From Candidatus Wolframiiraptor gerlachensis (GTDB taxonomy: Archaea > Thermoproteota > Nitrososphaeria_A > Caldarchaeales > Wolframiiraptoraceae): a stretch of 24,000 nucleotides of DNA. Within the stretch, counting starts at the first letter, position 1; each line of letters begins with the position of its first letter. The stretch covers positions 18,307 to 42,306 of the forward strand of contig JAJPCT020000018.1 in assembly GCA_021323375.2 (NCBI GenBank), written 5' to 3'. Positions 1 through 8,025 of the stretch are shown piece by piece. The notes beneath the pieces are model-generated. The model saw only the letters and a program-made list of their open reading frames with translations, was not told where the DNA came from and made no database searches. Made by a program: the position numbers and the translations under genes.

Positions 1-113
1 CCCTCCTTCACCTCGACGCGGAGCCCTGAGGCCTCCTCGAGAAGCCCATTAAGCCACTCCTCGATAGCCCTTACCAGCTCCCCCCTCCCCACAACCCTCT
101 CAGCGAGGATCAT
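1..113 (-). CDS. Partial CDS (first 37 codons; continues past the window start), function unknown
   Basis: ATG at 113-111 on the minus strand opens a frame (MILAERVVGRGELVRAIEEWLNGLLEEASGLRVEVKE...) that stays open to position 1. It is divergent from tfe across a 49-nt spacer. It is too short to assign a family. Confidence 0.3.
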   Translation of the reverse strand, partial: MILAERVVGRGELVRAIEEWLNGLLEEASGLRVEVKE

Positions 114-162
114 GCTCGCAGAGGAAGTTTTTTAGGCAACACTATAAGCTCTATCCCATAGA

Positions 163-717
163 ATGCTTCTGATAATCGAGAAGGAGACGCTGGTTGAGCT
201 GGCGAGGCTTGTTGGAGGGGAGGAGGCCGCGAAGGTCATGCGCCTTCTCGTAAGCAGGCCAGGAATAGTTGACGAGCAGATCGCGAAGAAGCTCAACATG
301 GATGTGCGCGAGGTGAGGAAGATACTCCACAGGCTCAATAGCATCGGGATACTCTACTATGAGCTTGCGAGGGATAAGAAGACTGATCATAGGATATTCA
401 AGTGGTATGTCCAAGAGGAGCAGGCAACAGGCTTCATAATCTCAAACATGCAGAAGATCCGGGAGAGGTTGATTGAGAAGCTCCAAGCTGAGGAGAGCAA
501 CCAGTTCTACTGGTGCGGCACCCTGGGCCATCCCAGGCTCCTATTCGACCAGGCCATGGAGCAGCTCTTCAGATGTCCGGTATGCAAAAAGCCCATGGAG
601 CCCCATGAGAACAGGGATCTAATAGAGGCTCTTAAGCGGAAGATCGAGGAGGTCGAGAAGGCCTTAAGTGAGATGACCGAGGTAAGAAAGCCTGAGGTGG
701 CCGAGAAGACAGGATAG
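163..717 (+). CDS. tfe: Transcription factor E alpha subunit (TFE-alpha, archaeal TFIIE-alpha homologue)
   Basis: 184-aa ORF. An N-terminal winged-helix-like region (EQIAKKLNMDVREVRKILHRLNSIGILYYE) is followed by a C-terminal zinc-ribbon-like segment (C118, H123, C138-P-V-C141). Size and architecture match archaeal TFE-alpha. An A/T-rich box (agttttttagg, about 126-136) lies about 30 nt upstream of ATG 163. Confidence 0.85.
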   Translation: MLLIIEKETLVELARLVGGEEAAKVMRLLVSRPGIVDEQIAKKLNMDVREVRKILHRLNSIGILYYELARDKKTDHRIFKWYVQEEQATGFIISNMQKIRERLIEKLQAEESNQFYWCGTLGHPRLLFDQAMEQLFRCPVCKKPMEPHENRDLIEALKRKIEEVEKALSEMTEVRKPEVAEKTG

Positions 718-726
718 CGTGGGGAG

Positions 727-1308
727 ATGTCTAGGATAACGGTTCTGAGGCTCGGCCATAGGATAGCGAGGGATAAGAGGGTTACCACGCATGTGGCCCT
801 AGTCGCGAGAGCATACGGCGCCCATGAGATAATAATCACGGGAGACCGCGATGATAACCTAATACGCCGCATAGAGATTATAGTCGAGAAATGGGGCGGG
901 CCGTTCTCCGCGAGATTCGAGGATAACTGGAGAGAGGTAATCAGGAGGTTCAAGGAGGCTGGAGCAGCAATAATCCACCTGACAATGTATGGTGTAAACC
1001 TCCCCGACATAATAGATGAGATTAGAAGGATCTGGAGAGATGGTAAAGATCTATTGGTGATTGTCGGAGGCGAGAAGGTCCCAGGAGAGGTTTACGGCCT
1101 AGCAGACTACAACATCGCTGTTGGAAACCAGCCCCATAGCGAGGTCGCAGCACTAGCAACATTCCTAGACTGGCTCCAAGAGGGAGAGGAGCTGAGAAGG
1201 GAGTTCTCGAACGCGAAGCTGAAGATAATCCCGAGCCCAAGAGGAAAGAAGGTTATACGCCTAGGGAGTGAAGGCTTACCGATTAACGAGGATGATGCAG
1301 GTCATTAG
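727..1308 (+). CDS. trm56: tRNA (cytidine56-2'-O)-methyltransferase aTrm56 (SPOUT family)
   Basis: 193-aa ORF, collinear with archaeal aTrm56 as I remember it ([61 protein letters not shown]). It starts 10 nt after the tfe stop with GGGGAG just upstream, so it is likely co-transcribed with tfe. Confidence 0.85.
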   Translation: MSRITVLRLGHRIARDKRVTTHVALVARAYGAHEIIITGDRDDNLIRRIEIIVEKWGGPFSARFEDNWREVIRRFKEAGAAIIHLTMYGVNLPDIIDEIRRIWRDGKDLLVIVGGEKVPGEVYGLADYNIAVGNQPHSEVAALATFLDWLQEGEELRREFSNAKLKIIPSPRGKKVIRLGSEGLPINEDDAGH

Positions 1309-2579
1309 ACGCCATTACCAGCTAAGGGTATGACATAGGGGCCTTCTGGAATTACCATGATCTCGGCATCCCTCCTCCCGACAATATTGAATGCCATTTC
1401 AAGAGCCTCCTCCACGGTCTTAGCACGCTCGAGCATAAAGCTCCTCGCAAGCCTCTCAGAGATATAATCGCTCACCAAAATCACCTTAGCCCTTTTCAGA
1501 ACCCTCGCTAGTACCTGCGCCTCCCACTGATCATTTATCGGCTCATTTCTCCTAATATTCTCAAGAACCTCGTCGGAACTGCCGGCACCCTGAAAGATTC
1601 TCAGGAAGTCCTCGTGGCCGCCAAGCCCATCCCTGCACTCTGAGGCAATTATTATAACGCCACCATCCCTAACAGCATAAGCGGCGGTATCCATCCCCTT
1701 AACGGCCTGATAGAGATCCCTATCCAGCGGGAAGCCGCCATTAGTCGTTATCACGATATCGACAAGCCTCTCAACATGGAGCTTAACAAAGCGATCTAGG
1801 AACTCAACTCCAGCGAGATGAGCCTTTACCGGATCCCCCGCGAATATCCCAGTAACCTCCCTCCTCTCATTAATCGTCACATTGATTATGAAGTTGAGCC
1901 GGGTCATCCTCATGAACTCGACCATATCCATGTGGATCGGATTTCCCTCCAAGATCCCAGCCCTAGATCTCGGATTATCAATCATCTTAAAGCCATGATT
2001 CCTGAATACCGCCTCCCTACCCGCAACCCCCGGCAGGATCGTCTTCCTGCCACCACTATATCCGGCGAAGAAATGGGGCTCGATAAGCCCAGCCCCTATA
2101 ACAATATCACTCTCAAGAACAAGCCTATTAACATGAATTGGCGTTCCATAGCTCGTCTTCGCATCAAGCTTCACAACCTGCTCATCATCAGATGCTCTAT
2201 GATTGATTACTTCATACTTCTCTAGAACATCTTCACCAAGCATTCTCCTCAGCTCATCCCTCCCAACCTCCCTGTGGAGGCCGGTCGCAACCAGAATCCG
2301 AACCTCGGCCATGGAGTTAGCTCTCTCAACATAATTCAGCAGATGGGGGATTATACGCCTAGATGGAAAAGCCCTAGTATTATCCGGCACTATTAACAGA
2401 ATCCGGCCAGCCCCCTTTAAGAGATCACCAAGACTTGGACTAGAGATGGGATATCTTAAAACTCTCTCAAGTTCCCCTTCAACGGATGCTAGAGCGGGCA
2501 TCTCCCTAGACCTTAAGATCCTACATCCCTCAAGCTCTATCTCAAGCGCGCCCTCGCCATAAGGCAGCTCAACCCTCAT
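1305..2579 (-). CDS. larA: LarA-family nickel-pincer-cofactor-dependent 2-hydroxyacid (lactate) racemase/epimerase
   Basis: 424-aa ORF with LarA hallmark segments: ATGLHR (catalytic His), [19 protein letters not shown] (second His and the cofactor-tethering Lys), and an N-terminal DUF2088-like region. GGTGA lies 4 nt upstream of ATG 2579. Its stop codon overlaps the trm56 stop (1305-1308, convergent). Confidence 0.8.
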   Translation of the reverse strand: MRVELPYGEGALEIELEGCRILRSREMPALASVEGELERVLRYPISSPSLGDLLKGAGRILLIVPDNTRAFPSRRIIPHLLNYVERANSMAEVRILVATGLHREVGRDELRRMLGEDVLEKYEVINHRASDDEQVVKLDAKTSYGTPIHVNRLVLESDIVIGAGLIEPHFFAGYSGGRKTILPGVAGREAVFRNHGFKMIDNPRSRAGILEGNPIHMDMVEFMRMTRLNFIINVTINERREVTGIFAGDPVKAHLAGVEFLDRFVKLHVERLVDIVITTNGGFPLDRDLYQAVKGMDTAAYAVRDGGVIIIASECRDGLGGHEDFLRIFQGAGSSDEVLENIRRNEPINDQWEAQVLARVLKRAKVILVSDYISERLARSFMLERAKTVEEALEMAFNIVGRRDAEIMVIPEGPYVIPLAGNGV

Positions 2580-2644
2580 AATTCACCCTACATTAGCAAG
2601 CCCTAACTAATGTTCATATCTCCAAGCATGTATCCATCTCATGC

Positions 2645-2658
2645 TTAAAATTTTTAAA
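2645..2658. promoter_or_regulatory. Near-palindromic A/T box (ttaaaatttttaaa): TATA-like promoter element for tRNA-Val, possibly bidirectional
   Basis: The element ends 25 nt upstream of the tRNA 5' end (2683), the expected archaeal TATA-to-start spacing. It reads almost the same on both strands and is flanked by atgct/agcat inverted pentamers. larA (ATG 2579) lies on the other side with no better TATA-like box closer to it. Confidence 0.45.
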
Positions 2659-2682
2659 GCAGAGCATAAATAAGAACGACTT

Positions 2683-2771
2683 GGGCCGGTAGTCTAGAGG
2701 CTATGACGCCGCCCTCACACAATTCTAGGAGGATACGGCGGCGGTCGTGGGGTCGCATCCCACCCGGCCCA
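2683..2771 (+). tRNA. tRNA-Val (anticodon CAC) interrupted by a 16-nt intron at the canonical 37/38 position
   Basis: Hand-folded cloverleaf. Acceptor GGGCCGG/CCGGCCC with discriminator A. D arm GTCT-AGAGGCTA-TGAC with T8, A14, G18G19 and A21. Anticodon stem CCGCC/GGCGG with loop C-T-CAC-A, then the intron, then C38. Variable loop CGGTC. T arm GTGGG-GTCGCAT-CCCAC. No encoded CCA. A T-run (2801-2805) follows. Confidence 0.8.
2720..2735 (+). other. tRNA-Val intron (caattctaggaggata); boundaries +/-1-2 nt
   Basis: Removing 16 nt restores a 7-nt anticodon loop and a 73-nt tRNA. Intron GAGG (2729-2732) can pair with CCTC (2713-2716), leaving ACA and ATA as candidate 3-nt bulges, which is consistent with a bulge-helix-bulge splice motif. 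This was not verified computationally. Confidence 0.6.
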
Positions 2772-2838
2772 TATCGCTTAGCATCCTCGGCGGCATAATC
2801 TTTTTCAAATCTCTTATCGCTTATGTCAATGCAGCGAG

Positions 2839-3012
2839 TTGGCTCGGAAGAAGATTCTAAAATGCCCGGCTTGCGGCTTCCAGTTCGAGGTTAGCTATGC
2901 TAGAGCCTTCGCCTGTAGCGGATGCCCCTCATCCATATCATGCGACTATGTCAGATGTCCAAAATGCGGCGAGGAATTTCCAGAGGTCTCTACGATATAT
3001 CAGTCATCGTAG
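2839..3012 (+). CDS. Small (57 aa) Cys-rich zinc-ribbon/zinc-finger protein, TTG start (absent from the ORF track because it is under 60 aa)
   Basis: My translation from TTG 2839 is (M)ARKKILKCPACGFQFEVSYARAFACSGCPSSISCDYVRCPKCGEEFPEVSTIYQSS*. The pattern is CPxCG-x14-CxxC-x6-C-x4-CPxCG. The frame has a stop at 2779-2781 and TTG 2839 is the only start-type codon after it. The T/A-rich stretch ctttttcaaat lies about 30 nt upstream, which would fit a leaderless mRNA. Confidence 0.4.
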   Translation: MARKKILKCPACGFQFEVSYARAFACSGCPSSISCDYVRCPKCGEEFPEVSTIYQSS

Positions 3013-3054
3013 AACAACGCTTATGTGTAAAGAAATTAACTATTGCATCAAGCC

Positions 3055-4362
3055 ATGAGGTATGAGGATACGACCTTGGCCTCTAGAAGGATGTTCGAGG
3101 AGGCGTGCAGATATCTTCCGGGAGGGGTGTCTTACTCGATAAGATACTTTGAGCCCTATCCTATCTATGTCTCAGCTGCGCGTGGTCAGAGGATTTGGGA
3201 TCTTGATGGAAACGAGTATACTGATTACTGGATGGGGCATGGTGCTCTGATTATGGGACATGGTTATCGGCCGGTTATCGATGCTGCGGTAAGCCAGTTG
3301 CAGGATTATGCTCATGTTGGTTTCCCCCATGAGTGGGAGGTTAGGCTGGCGATGCAGGTGTCGAGAATGGTTGAGAGCGTTGAGATGATGAGATTCACGA
3401 ATAGCGGGACGGAGGCGGCGATGTATGCCTGCAGGCTCGCTAGAGCATATACAGGGAGAAAGGTAGTCGCGAAGTTCGAGGGCGGGTGGCATGGTGGATA
3501 CGACTGCCTCCATATCGGGGTTCAGCCCCCATATGAGGTCCCCGGGAGCCTGGGGATACCCGAGGAGTCGCTCAAGTATACGATACTCCTGCCATTCAAT
3601 GATCTTGAGAGTGTTGAGAAGCGTGTGAGAGACCTTGACCTCGCGGCGATAATTGTCGAGCCGGTCCTCGGAGCTGGTGGAGTGATACCGGCTGAGCCTG
3701 AGTTCCTCAGGGGGCTGAGAGAGATCTGCGACATGCTCGGCGCACTCCTGATATTCGACGAGGTTATCACGGGCTTTAGGCTGTCCCCCGGAGGGGCGCA
3801 GAGGATCTATGGTGTCAGGCCGGATCTAACGATCTTCGGGAAGATATTGGGCGGCGGCATCTTCCCGGCTGGGGGCTTCGGGGGAAAGACTGAGATAATG
3901 GAGCTTCTCGATCAACTAAAATATCCTCGGCCGCATGAGAGGGCATTTCAGGGCGGGACTTATGCCGCGAATCCGCTGACCACGAGGGTGGGATACACGC
4001 TTCTCAAGGAGCTTGAGGAGAGGCCTGAGATCTATCAAAGGCTTAACCAGCTTGGAGAATATGTTAGAAAAAGTCTCGAAGATGTTTTCTCTAGACATGG
4101 CCTAGCAGCTCACATTACTGGGATTGGCTCGATGATAGGGATACACTTCACGAGGGAGAGGCCCCGGGATGCTAGGATGGCCCAGCAGACGAAGAATGTG
4201 GAGATAGCTAGGAGGTTCTTCAGACATGTGCTGGAGAATGGGATGATATATCTGACGCCCGAGGTCCCGCATCTCTTCATTTCTGCGGCGCACACCCGGG
4301 AGGACTTGGGTGATCTGATCTCGGTCGCGGAGGATTTTGCGAGGAGGAATGCTACTCCCTGA
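3055..4362 (+). CDS. Class-III PLP-dependent enzyme of the glutamate-1-semialdehyde 2,1-aminomutase (HemL) family
   Basis: HemL-like motifs: LPGGV, DLDGNEYTDYWMGHGALIMGHGYRPV, RFTNSGTEAAMYACRLARAYTGR, FDEVITGFRL, and the PLP-lysine motif DLTIFGKILGGG. The ORF track starts at TTG 3043; I prefer ATG 3055. The N-terminal substrate-region motif (GGVSYSIRYF) differs from the GGVNSPVRAF I remember for bona fide HemL, so the exact activity is left open. Confidence 0.75.
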   Translation: MRYEDTTLASRRMFEEACRYLPGGVSYSIRYFEPYPIYVSAARGQRIWDLDGNEYTDYWMGHGALIMGHGYRPVIDAAVSQLQDYAHVGFPHEWEVRLAMQVSRMVESVEMMRFTNSGTEAAMYACRLARAYTGRKVVAKFEGGWHGGYDCLHIGVQPPYEVPGSLGIPEESLKYTILLPFNDLESVEKRVRDLDLAAIIVEPVLGAGGVIPAEPEFLRGLREICDMLGALLIFDEVITGFRLSPGGAQRIYGVRPDLTIFGKILGGGIFPAGGFGGKTEIMELLDQLKYPRPHERAFQGGTYAANPLTTRVGYTLLKELEERPEIYQRLNQLGEYVRKSLEDVFSRHGLAAHITGIGSMIGIHFTRERPRDARMAQQTKNVEIARRFFRHVLENGMIYLTPEVPHLFISAAHTREDLGDLISVAEDFARRNATP

Positions 4363-6481
4363 AGTAGGGTTGGAGGAATGCTTTGGGCGGCCTCGCCCTC
4401 TTGCCGAGGGCTGCTGAGACCGCAACCGTCAATAGGTATGGTATGGATTGGAAGAACTGGTATGGTAGCTGGACTATCGTGACGAGCCATGCTTGGAGGG
4501 CGTTTAGGAATCCGAAGAAGATGCATGCAAGCCATATCCATGCAGGGTTCCAGTTTCCGAGGACGACGAGGGCCATAGCTATCCAGCTCCACTCGCCGCC
4601 AACATTTAGATTGAATGATCTCAAGTCTATGAGGGAGTAGAATGCGCCGCCGATGGCCATTAGCGCGGAGCCCGCCAATATCGCGTAATATCTCACCGCG
4701 TGAACCCTGATCAGGGATGAGTCTGCGGCCCTCGGGTTCTCGCCAACAGCTCTCATCACGAGGCCCCATCTAGTCTTAGCTAGAATGAAGATTAGGATTA
4801 GCGGCAGGATGTATGCTCCAGCATAGATGTATGGGTTCTGGTTGAAGGCTGAGCCTATTATGGGCAGGTCTCCGAGGGGCCCGAGCTTTAGGGGCGGCGT
4901 GGCCGGGACTGTCGGCTCGACTAGCGGCGACCCAATCAATACGCGGTGCACAAAGTATGTCAGGTTCATGGCATAGAATGTTATGGCTATTCCCGAGATA
5001 TGTTGCTGGCATCCAAGGCTCACTACTAGGAGGGCGTGGAGTAGGCCGAGGAGAGCGCCGATGAGGGCCGCGGCCACGACCCCGATCAATATGCTGCCGG
5101 AGAGGTAGGCGGCCACGAAACCCCATCCAGCGCCGGCTATCATTATCCCGAGTATTCCTAGGTTCAGGACGCCGGTCTTCTCTATGAGCATCTCACCTAA
5201 GGATGCGAAGATTATTGGTGTCGCCGAGACAAGCGTTAAACCCACAATACTCGAGATGATCCTCTCTAGGTAGCTTCCTTGTATAATCGCGCCGACGGTC
5301 GCGAGGATTGCGAGCGCCATAATGGCGTAGAGCATCATAGTTAGAGTTCTCCTGCCGAGAATGATTTGGGATGATGAGCGGCCTCCGCCTAAACCACCTA
5401 CGGTGGCTGAGGGCTTCTCGAGCTTAACAGCCTTTCTAAATCCAATGCGTATTCTGTATGTTGTGATGGCCCCTAATATTAGGAAGATTATGAGGGTCTG
5501 TGCTTGTATGAGGTCTGATAGGAATGATGGGACGCCCGTGTTCCAGCTCATGGCATTCGCGCCGTTTATCAATATGCTGAAGAATATCCCGGCTAATGCT
5601 GCTCCTATTGGATCAAGGCCTCCGAGCATCGCTATCGCTAGGGCTATGAGGCCATAGTTTGGGCCGACAAATGGTGTCATGTAGAATAGTATTCCGGTTA
5701 CTTCACATGCCCCAGCAAGTCCCGCAAGACCGCCGCTGATAAAAGCCACCCAGAAATAGATCTTCGGGAGGCTGAATCCCTCGAGCTCCGCAACCCTTGG
5801 CGAGGTCGCGGCTATAATCCAGTTCCTGAGAATAGTCCTATTCATCAGGATCCAGAGGACTCCTAAGATGATGAAGGGCAATATTACGCCTAAGTGGAGC
5901 CGAGTTCCCGGGATGAGTATCGGGAGTTTCGCATTAGCTCCTATCTCGGCTGACTGTGGATAGGTGGTATAGGGGGCTCTCATCGGCCCTGTGAGAAGAC
6001 CGGCACATATCTGGAGAACCGCACTCCAGATTAGGAGTGTTGTCAGGACCTCATCTTGGTTACGTCGAACCTTCAGCCACCAGCTCACGAGGCATACGGC
6101 CGCGCCCCCAAGCCAGCTTAACATGAAGATCAGCAGTATCAGGAGCTGGGGCGGGAGATGCTTTAACTGGACTCCGAGATATGCTGCGATTAGGCCGCCG
6201 ACTATGAACTGGCCGTGCACTCCGAGGTTCCAGAACCTGGCCCTAAATGCGACTAGGATTGCGAATGCTAATATTATTAGCGGTGATGCAGTGACTAAGA
6301 TCTCCGTGGGGTTCTCGAAGGGCCATGTAAGGAGATAGTAGTATACTGCTCCAAGATCCCCCCTGGCCATCAGGACGTATATCGCGGAGGCTAGGATTGA
6401 GAGGATGACGGCTAGAACGGTGATGCTCAACCTCTTGATGGGTGTAAGGGCTCCCCTTCTCTCGAGGCTAAGTTCGAGCAA
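4352..6481 (-). CDS. ABC transporter permease, fusion of the two permease subunits of a BMP/nucleoside-type (NupP/NupQ-like) importer
   Basis: 709-aa, almost entirely hydrophobic ORF with two multi-TM halves. They are joined by a polar linker (FRKAVKLEKPSATVGGLGGGRSSSQIILGRR). TTG start at 6481 overlaps the upstream ATPase gene by 14 nt. The 3' end overlaps the convergent hemL-like gene by 11 nt. Confidence 0.8.
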   Translation of the reverse strand: MLELSLERRGALTPIKRLSITVLAVILSILASAIYVLMARGDLGAVYYYLLTWPFENPTEILVTASPLIILAFAILVAFRARFWNLGVHGQFIVGGLIAAYLGVQLKHLPPQLLILLIFMLSWLGGAAVCLVSWWLKVRRNQDEVLTTLLIWSAVLQICAGLLTGPMRAPYTTYPQSAEIGANAKLPILIPGTRLHLGVILPFIILGVLWILMNRTILRNWIIAATSPRVAELEGFSLPKIYFWVAFISGGLAGLAGACEVTGILFYMTPFVGPNYGLIALAIAMLGGLDPIGAALAGIFFSILINGANAMSWNTGVPSFLSDLIQAQTLIIFLILGAITTYRIRIGFRKAVKLEKPSATVGGLGGGRSSSQIILGRRTLTMMLYAIMALAILATVGAIIQGSYLERIISSIVGLTLVSATPIIFASLGEMLIEKTGVLNLGILGIMIAGAGWGFVAAYLSGSILIGVVAAALIGALLGLLHALLVVSLGCQQHISGIAITFYAMNLTYFVHRVLIGSPLVEPTVPATPPLKLGPLGDLPIIGSAFNQNPYIYAGAYILPLILIFILAKTRWGLVMRAVGENPRAADSSLIRVHAVRYYAILAGSALMAIGGAFYSLIDLRSFNLNVGGEWSWIAMALVVLGNWNPAWIWLACIFFGFLNALQAWLVTIVQLPYQFFQSIPYLLTVAVSAALGKRARPPKAFLQPYFRE

Positions 6482-8009
6482 CTTCCATCAACCCGCTTAT
6501 CATCATGCCGAGCTTCTCAACAGTTATCTCGGAGGGCTTAAATGTCCCGAGGATCCTCTTGTTCGCGAATGCTGAAACCCTGTCGCATATGGCTAGCAGC
6601 TCCTTTAGATTTGGAGAGAATATTATCGTTGTTAATCCTCTCCGCCTCCTCTCCAAAACCCTGTCAAAGAACAGCTTTACGCCGCGTGGGTCTAGGCCGA
6701 CAGTCGGGTGGAGGGTTATCAGGAGCTTATCCCACCTCCCCAGCACTCTCCCGATATAGGTCCTCTGCATGTTTCCGCCAGAGAGGGTTTCAACAGGGCT
6801 CTTCAAGTCCCTGAAGACAATCTGAAACTCGCTCGCAAGCCTCTCAGCAAGCCTCCTCCGCTTCTCCGGCTCAAGGAAAATTCCATGTGAGAAGAGGCTC
6901 TCGCTCCCGATCGTGAGGTTATCCTCTATGCTCGCCCCGAGGATCAAGCCATCCCATATCCTATCATCCGAGAGGAATCCGACGCCGCGCCTCCTAAGCT
7001 CTGCCGCGCCCAGGCCGGTAACATCCTCGCCAAACAATATGATCCTCCCGGATGCGGGCTTCCTAACACCATAGATACATTCTGCCAGCTCCTTCTCCCC
7101 GGTCCCGGGAACAGCCGCTACCCCGTGAATCTCCCCCTCAAAAACCTCGAGATCGAGATCCTCTACAATGACCTCGCCCCTATCATCCACAACAACAAGA
7201 TCCTCAAGCCTCAAAGCCGTCCTCTCACAAGCCTTCTCCAAGATCTCAACCTCCTCCAATGGCTTGAAGTACTCCACCTCATCGAACATGCTCTTGATGA
7301 GATCCTCAAGCTTGGCCTCTCTCGCATCGAACCTCGAGACTATCTTGCCGCCAGTCATCACAAGAATCTCATCAACGGCCTCGATCAGGTCCGAGAGATC
7401 GTGGGAGATGATTATCACGGTATACCCGCGGCTGGCCAGCTCTCTCAGGTACTCGCTTATCCTCCGCTTCTGCTGCGCCGGGAGATAAGCCATGCTCTCA
7501 TCCAGTATCAGGATAGGCCTCCTCCCCATCTCATGGAGCATCTCGCAGATCATTAGGGCTCGGATGATCTCGAATGCCCTCAGCTGCCCTATCGGAAGCC
7601 TCTCCGCCAGCTGATCAAGAGCGAGCTTAACGCCGATCTCACTAGCTATCCTCTCAGCCATTCTCCTGACCTCATCTAGATCGGGCATTATGCCTGGATG
7701 AAGAAGCGCGAGCTGCTCGAGAAGCGTTAGAGCTGGAGCAAGGTTAGGATGCTGCTCAACCTTAACAACACCTGCCTCAACCACCGCCTGATGATATTCC
7801 TCAATCCTAACACCATTAACAAAAACATCCCCGCGATCAGGCCTCAGATATCCAGAGATTATGTTTGTCAGAGTTGATTTCCCAGCACCATTAGGCCCAA
7901 CGAGCCCATAAACCCTACCACCATCGAGCTCCAAAGTGACGTCATCTAGCGCTATCGCGCCCCCGATGAAGGTCTTCCTTACGTTTATCAGCCTGATCGC
8001 GGGGATCAA
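6468..8009 (-). CDS. ABC transporter ATP-binding protein with duplicated nucleotide-binding domains (RbsA/NupO-like)
   Basis: 513 aa. NBD1 has Walker A GPNGAGKST, a degenerate signature LPIGQLRAFEIIRAL and Walker B ILILDES. NBD2 has a degenerate P-loop GVAAVPGTGEKEL and signature LSGGNMQR. TTG start at 8009 is preceded by GGTGAG. It lies between the binding-protein and permease genes. Confidence 0.85.
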   Translation of the reverse strand: MIPAIRLINVRKTFIGGAIALDDVTLELDGGRVYGLVGPNGAGKSTLTNIISGYLRPDRGDVFVNGVRIEEYHQAVVEAGVVKVEQHPNLAPALTLLEQLALLHPGIMPDLDEVRRMAERIASEIGVKLALDQLAERLPIGQLRAFEIIRALMICEMLHEMGRRPILILDESMAYLPAQQKRRISEYLRELASRGYTVIIISHDLSDLIEAVDEILVMTGGKIVSRFDAREAKLEDLIKSMFDEVEYFKPLEEVEILEKACERTALRLEDLVVVDDRGEVIVEDLDLEVFEGEIHGVAAVPGTGEKELAECIYGVRKPASGRIILFGEDVTGLGAAELRRRGVGFLSDDRIWDGLILGASIEDNLTIGSESLFSHGIFLEPEKRRRLAERLASEFQIVFRDLKSPVETLSGGNMQRTYIGRVLGRWDKLLITLHPTVGLDPRGVKLFFDRVLERRRRGLTTIIFSPNLKELLAICDRVSAFANKRILGTFKPSEITVEKLGMMISGLMEVART

Positions 8010-8025
8010 GGCTATCTCACCAGCC

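Noticed and set aside
2772-2823. 9-bp direct repeat tatcgctta (2772-2780 and 2815-2823) starting right at the 3' end of tRNA-Val, considered as an att-like integration scar
   Set aside because: The repeats are only 34 bp apart and enclose no genes. They do not include tRNA sequence. No integrase or foreign-looking genes are nearby. A 9-mer recurrence at this scale can be chance.
4110-5126. Alternative-frame minus-strand ORFs (4110-4769, 4776-5126, 4102-4425) and the plus-strand ORF 4383-4640 over the hemL-like 3' end and the permease gene
   Set aside because: They overlap strongly supported genes in other frames. Their products are Arg/Pro-rich with no membrane or enzyme signatures. The same reasoning applies to 507-1010, 1818-2225, 7125-7556, 15115-15621 and 18340-18759.
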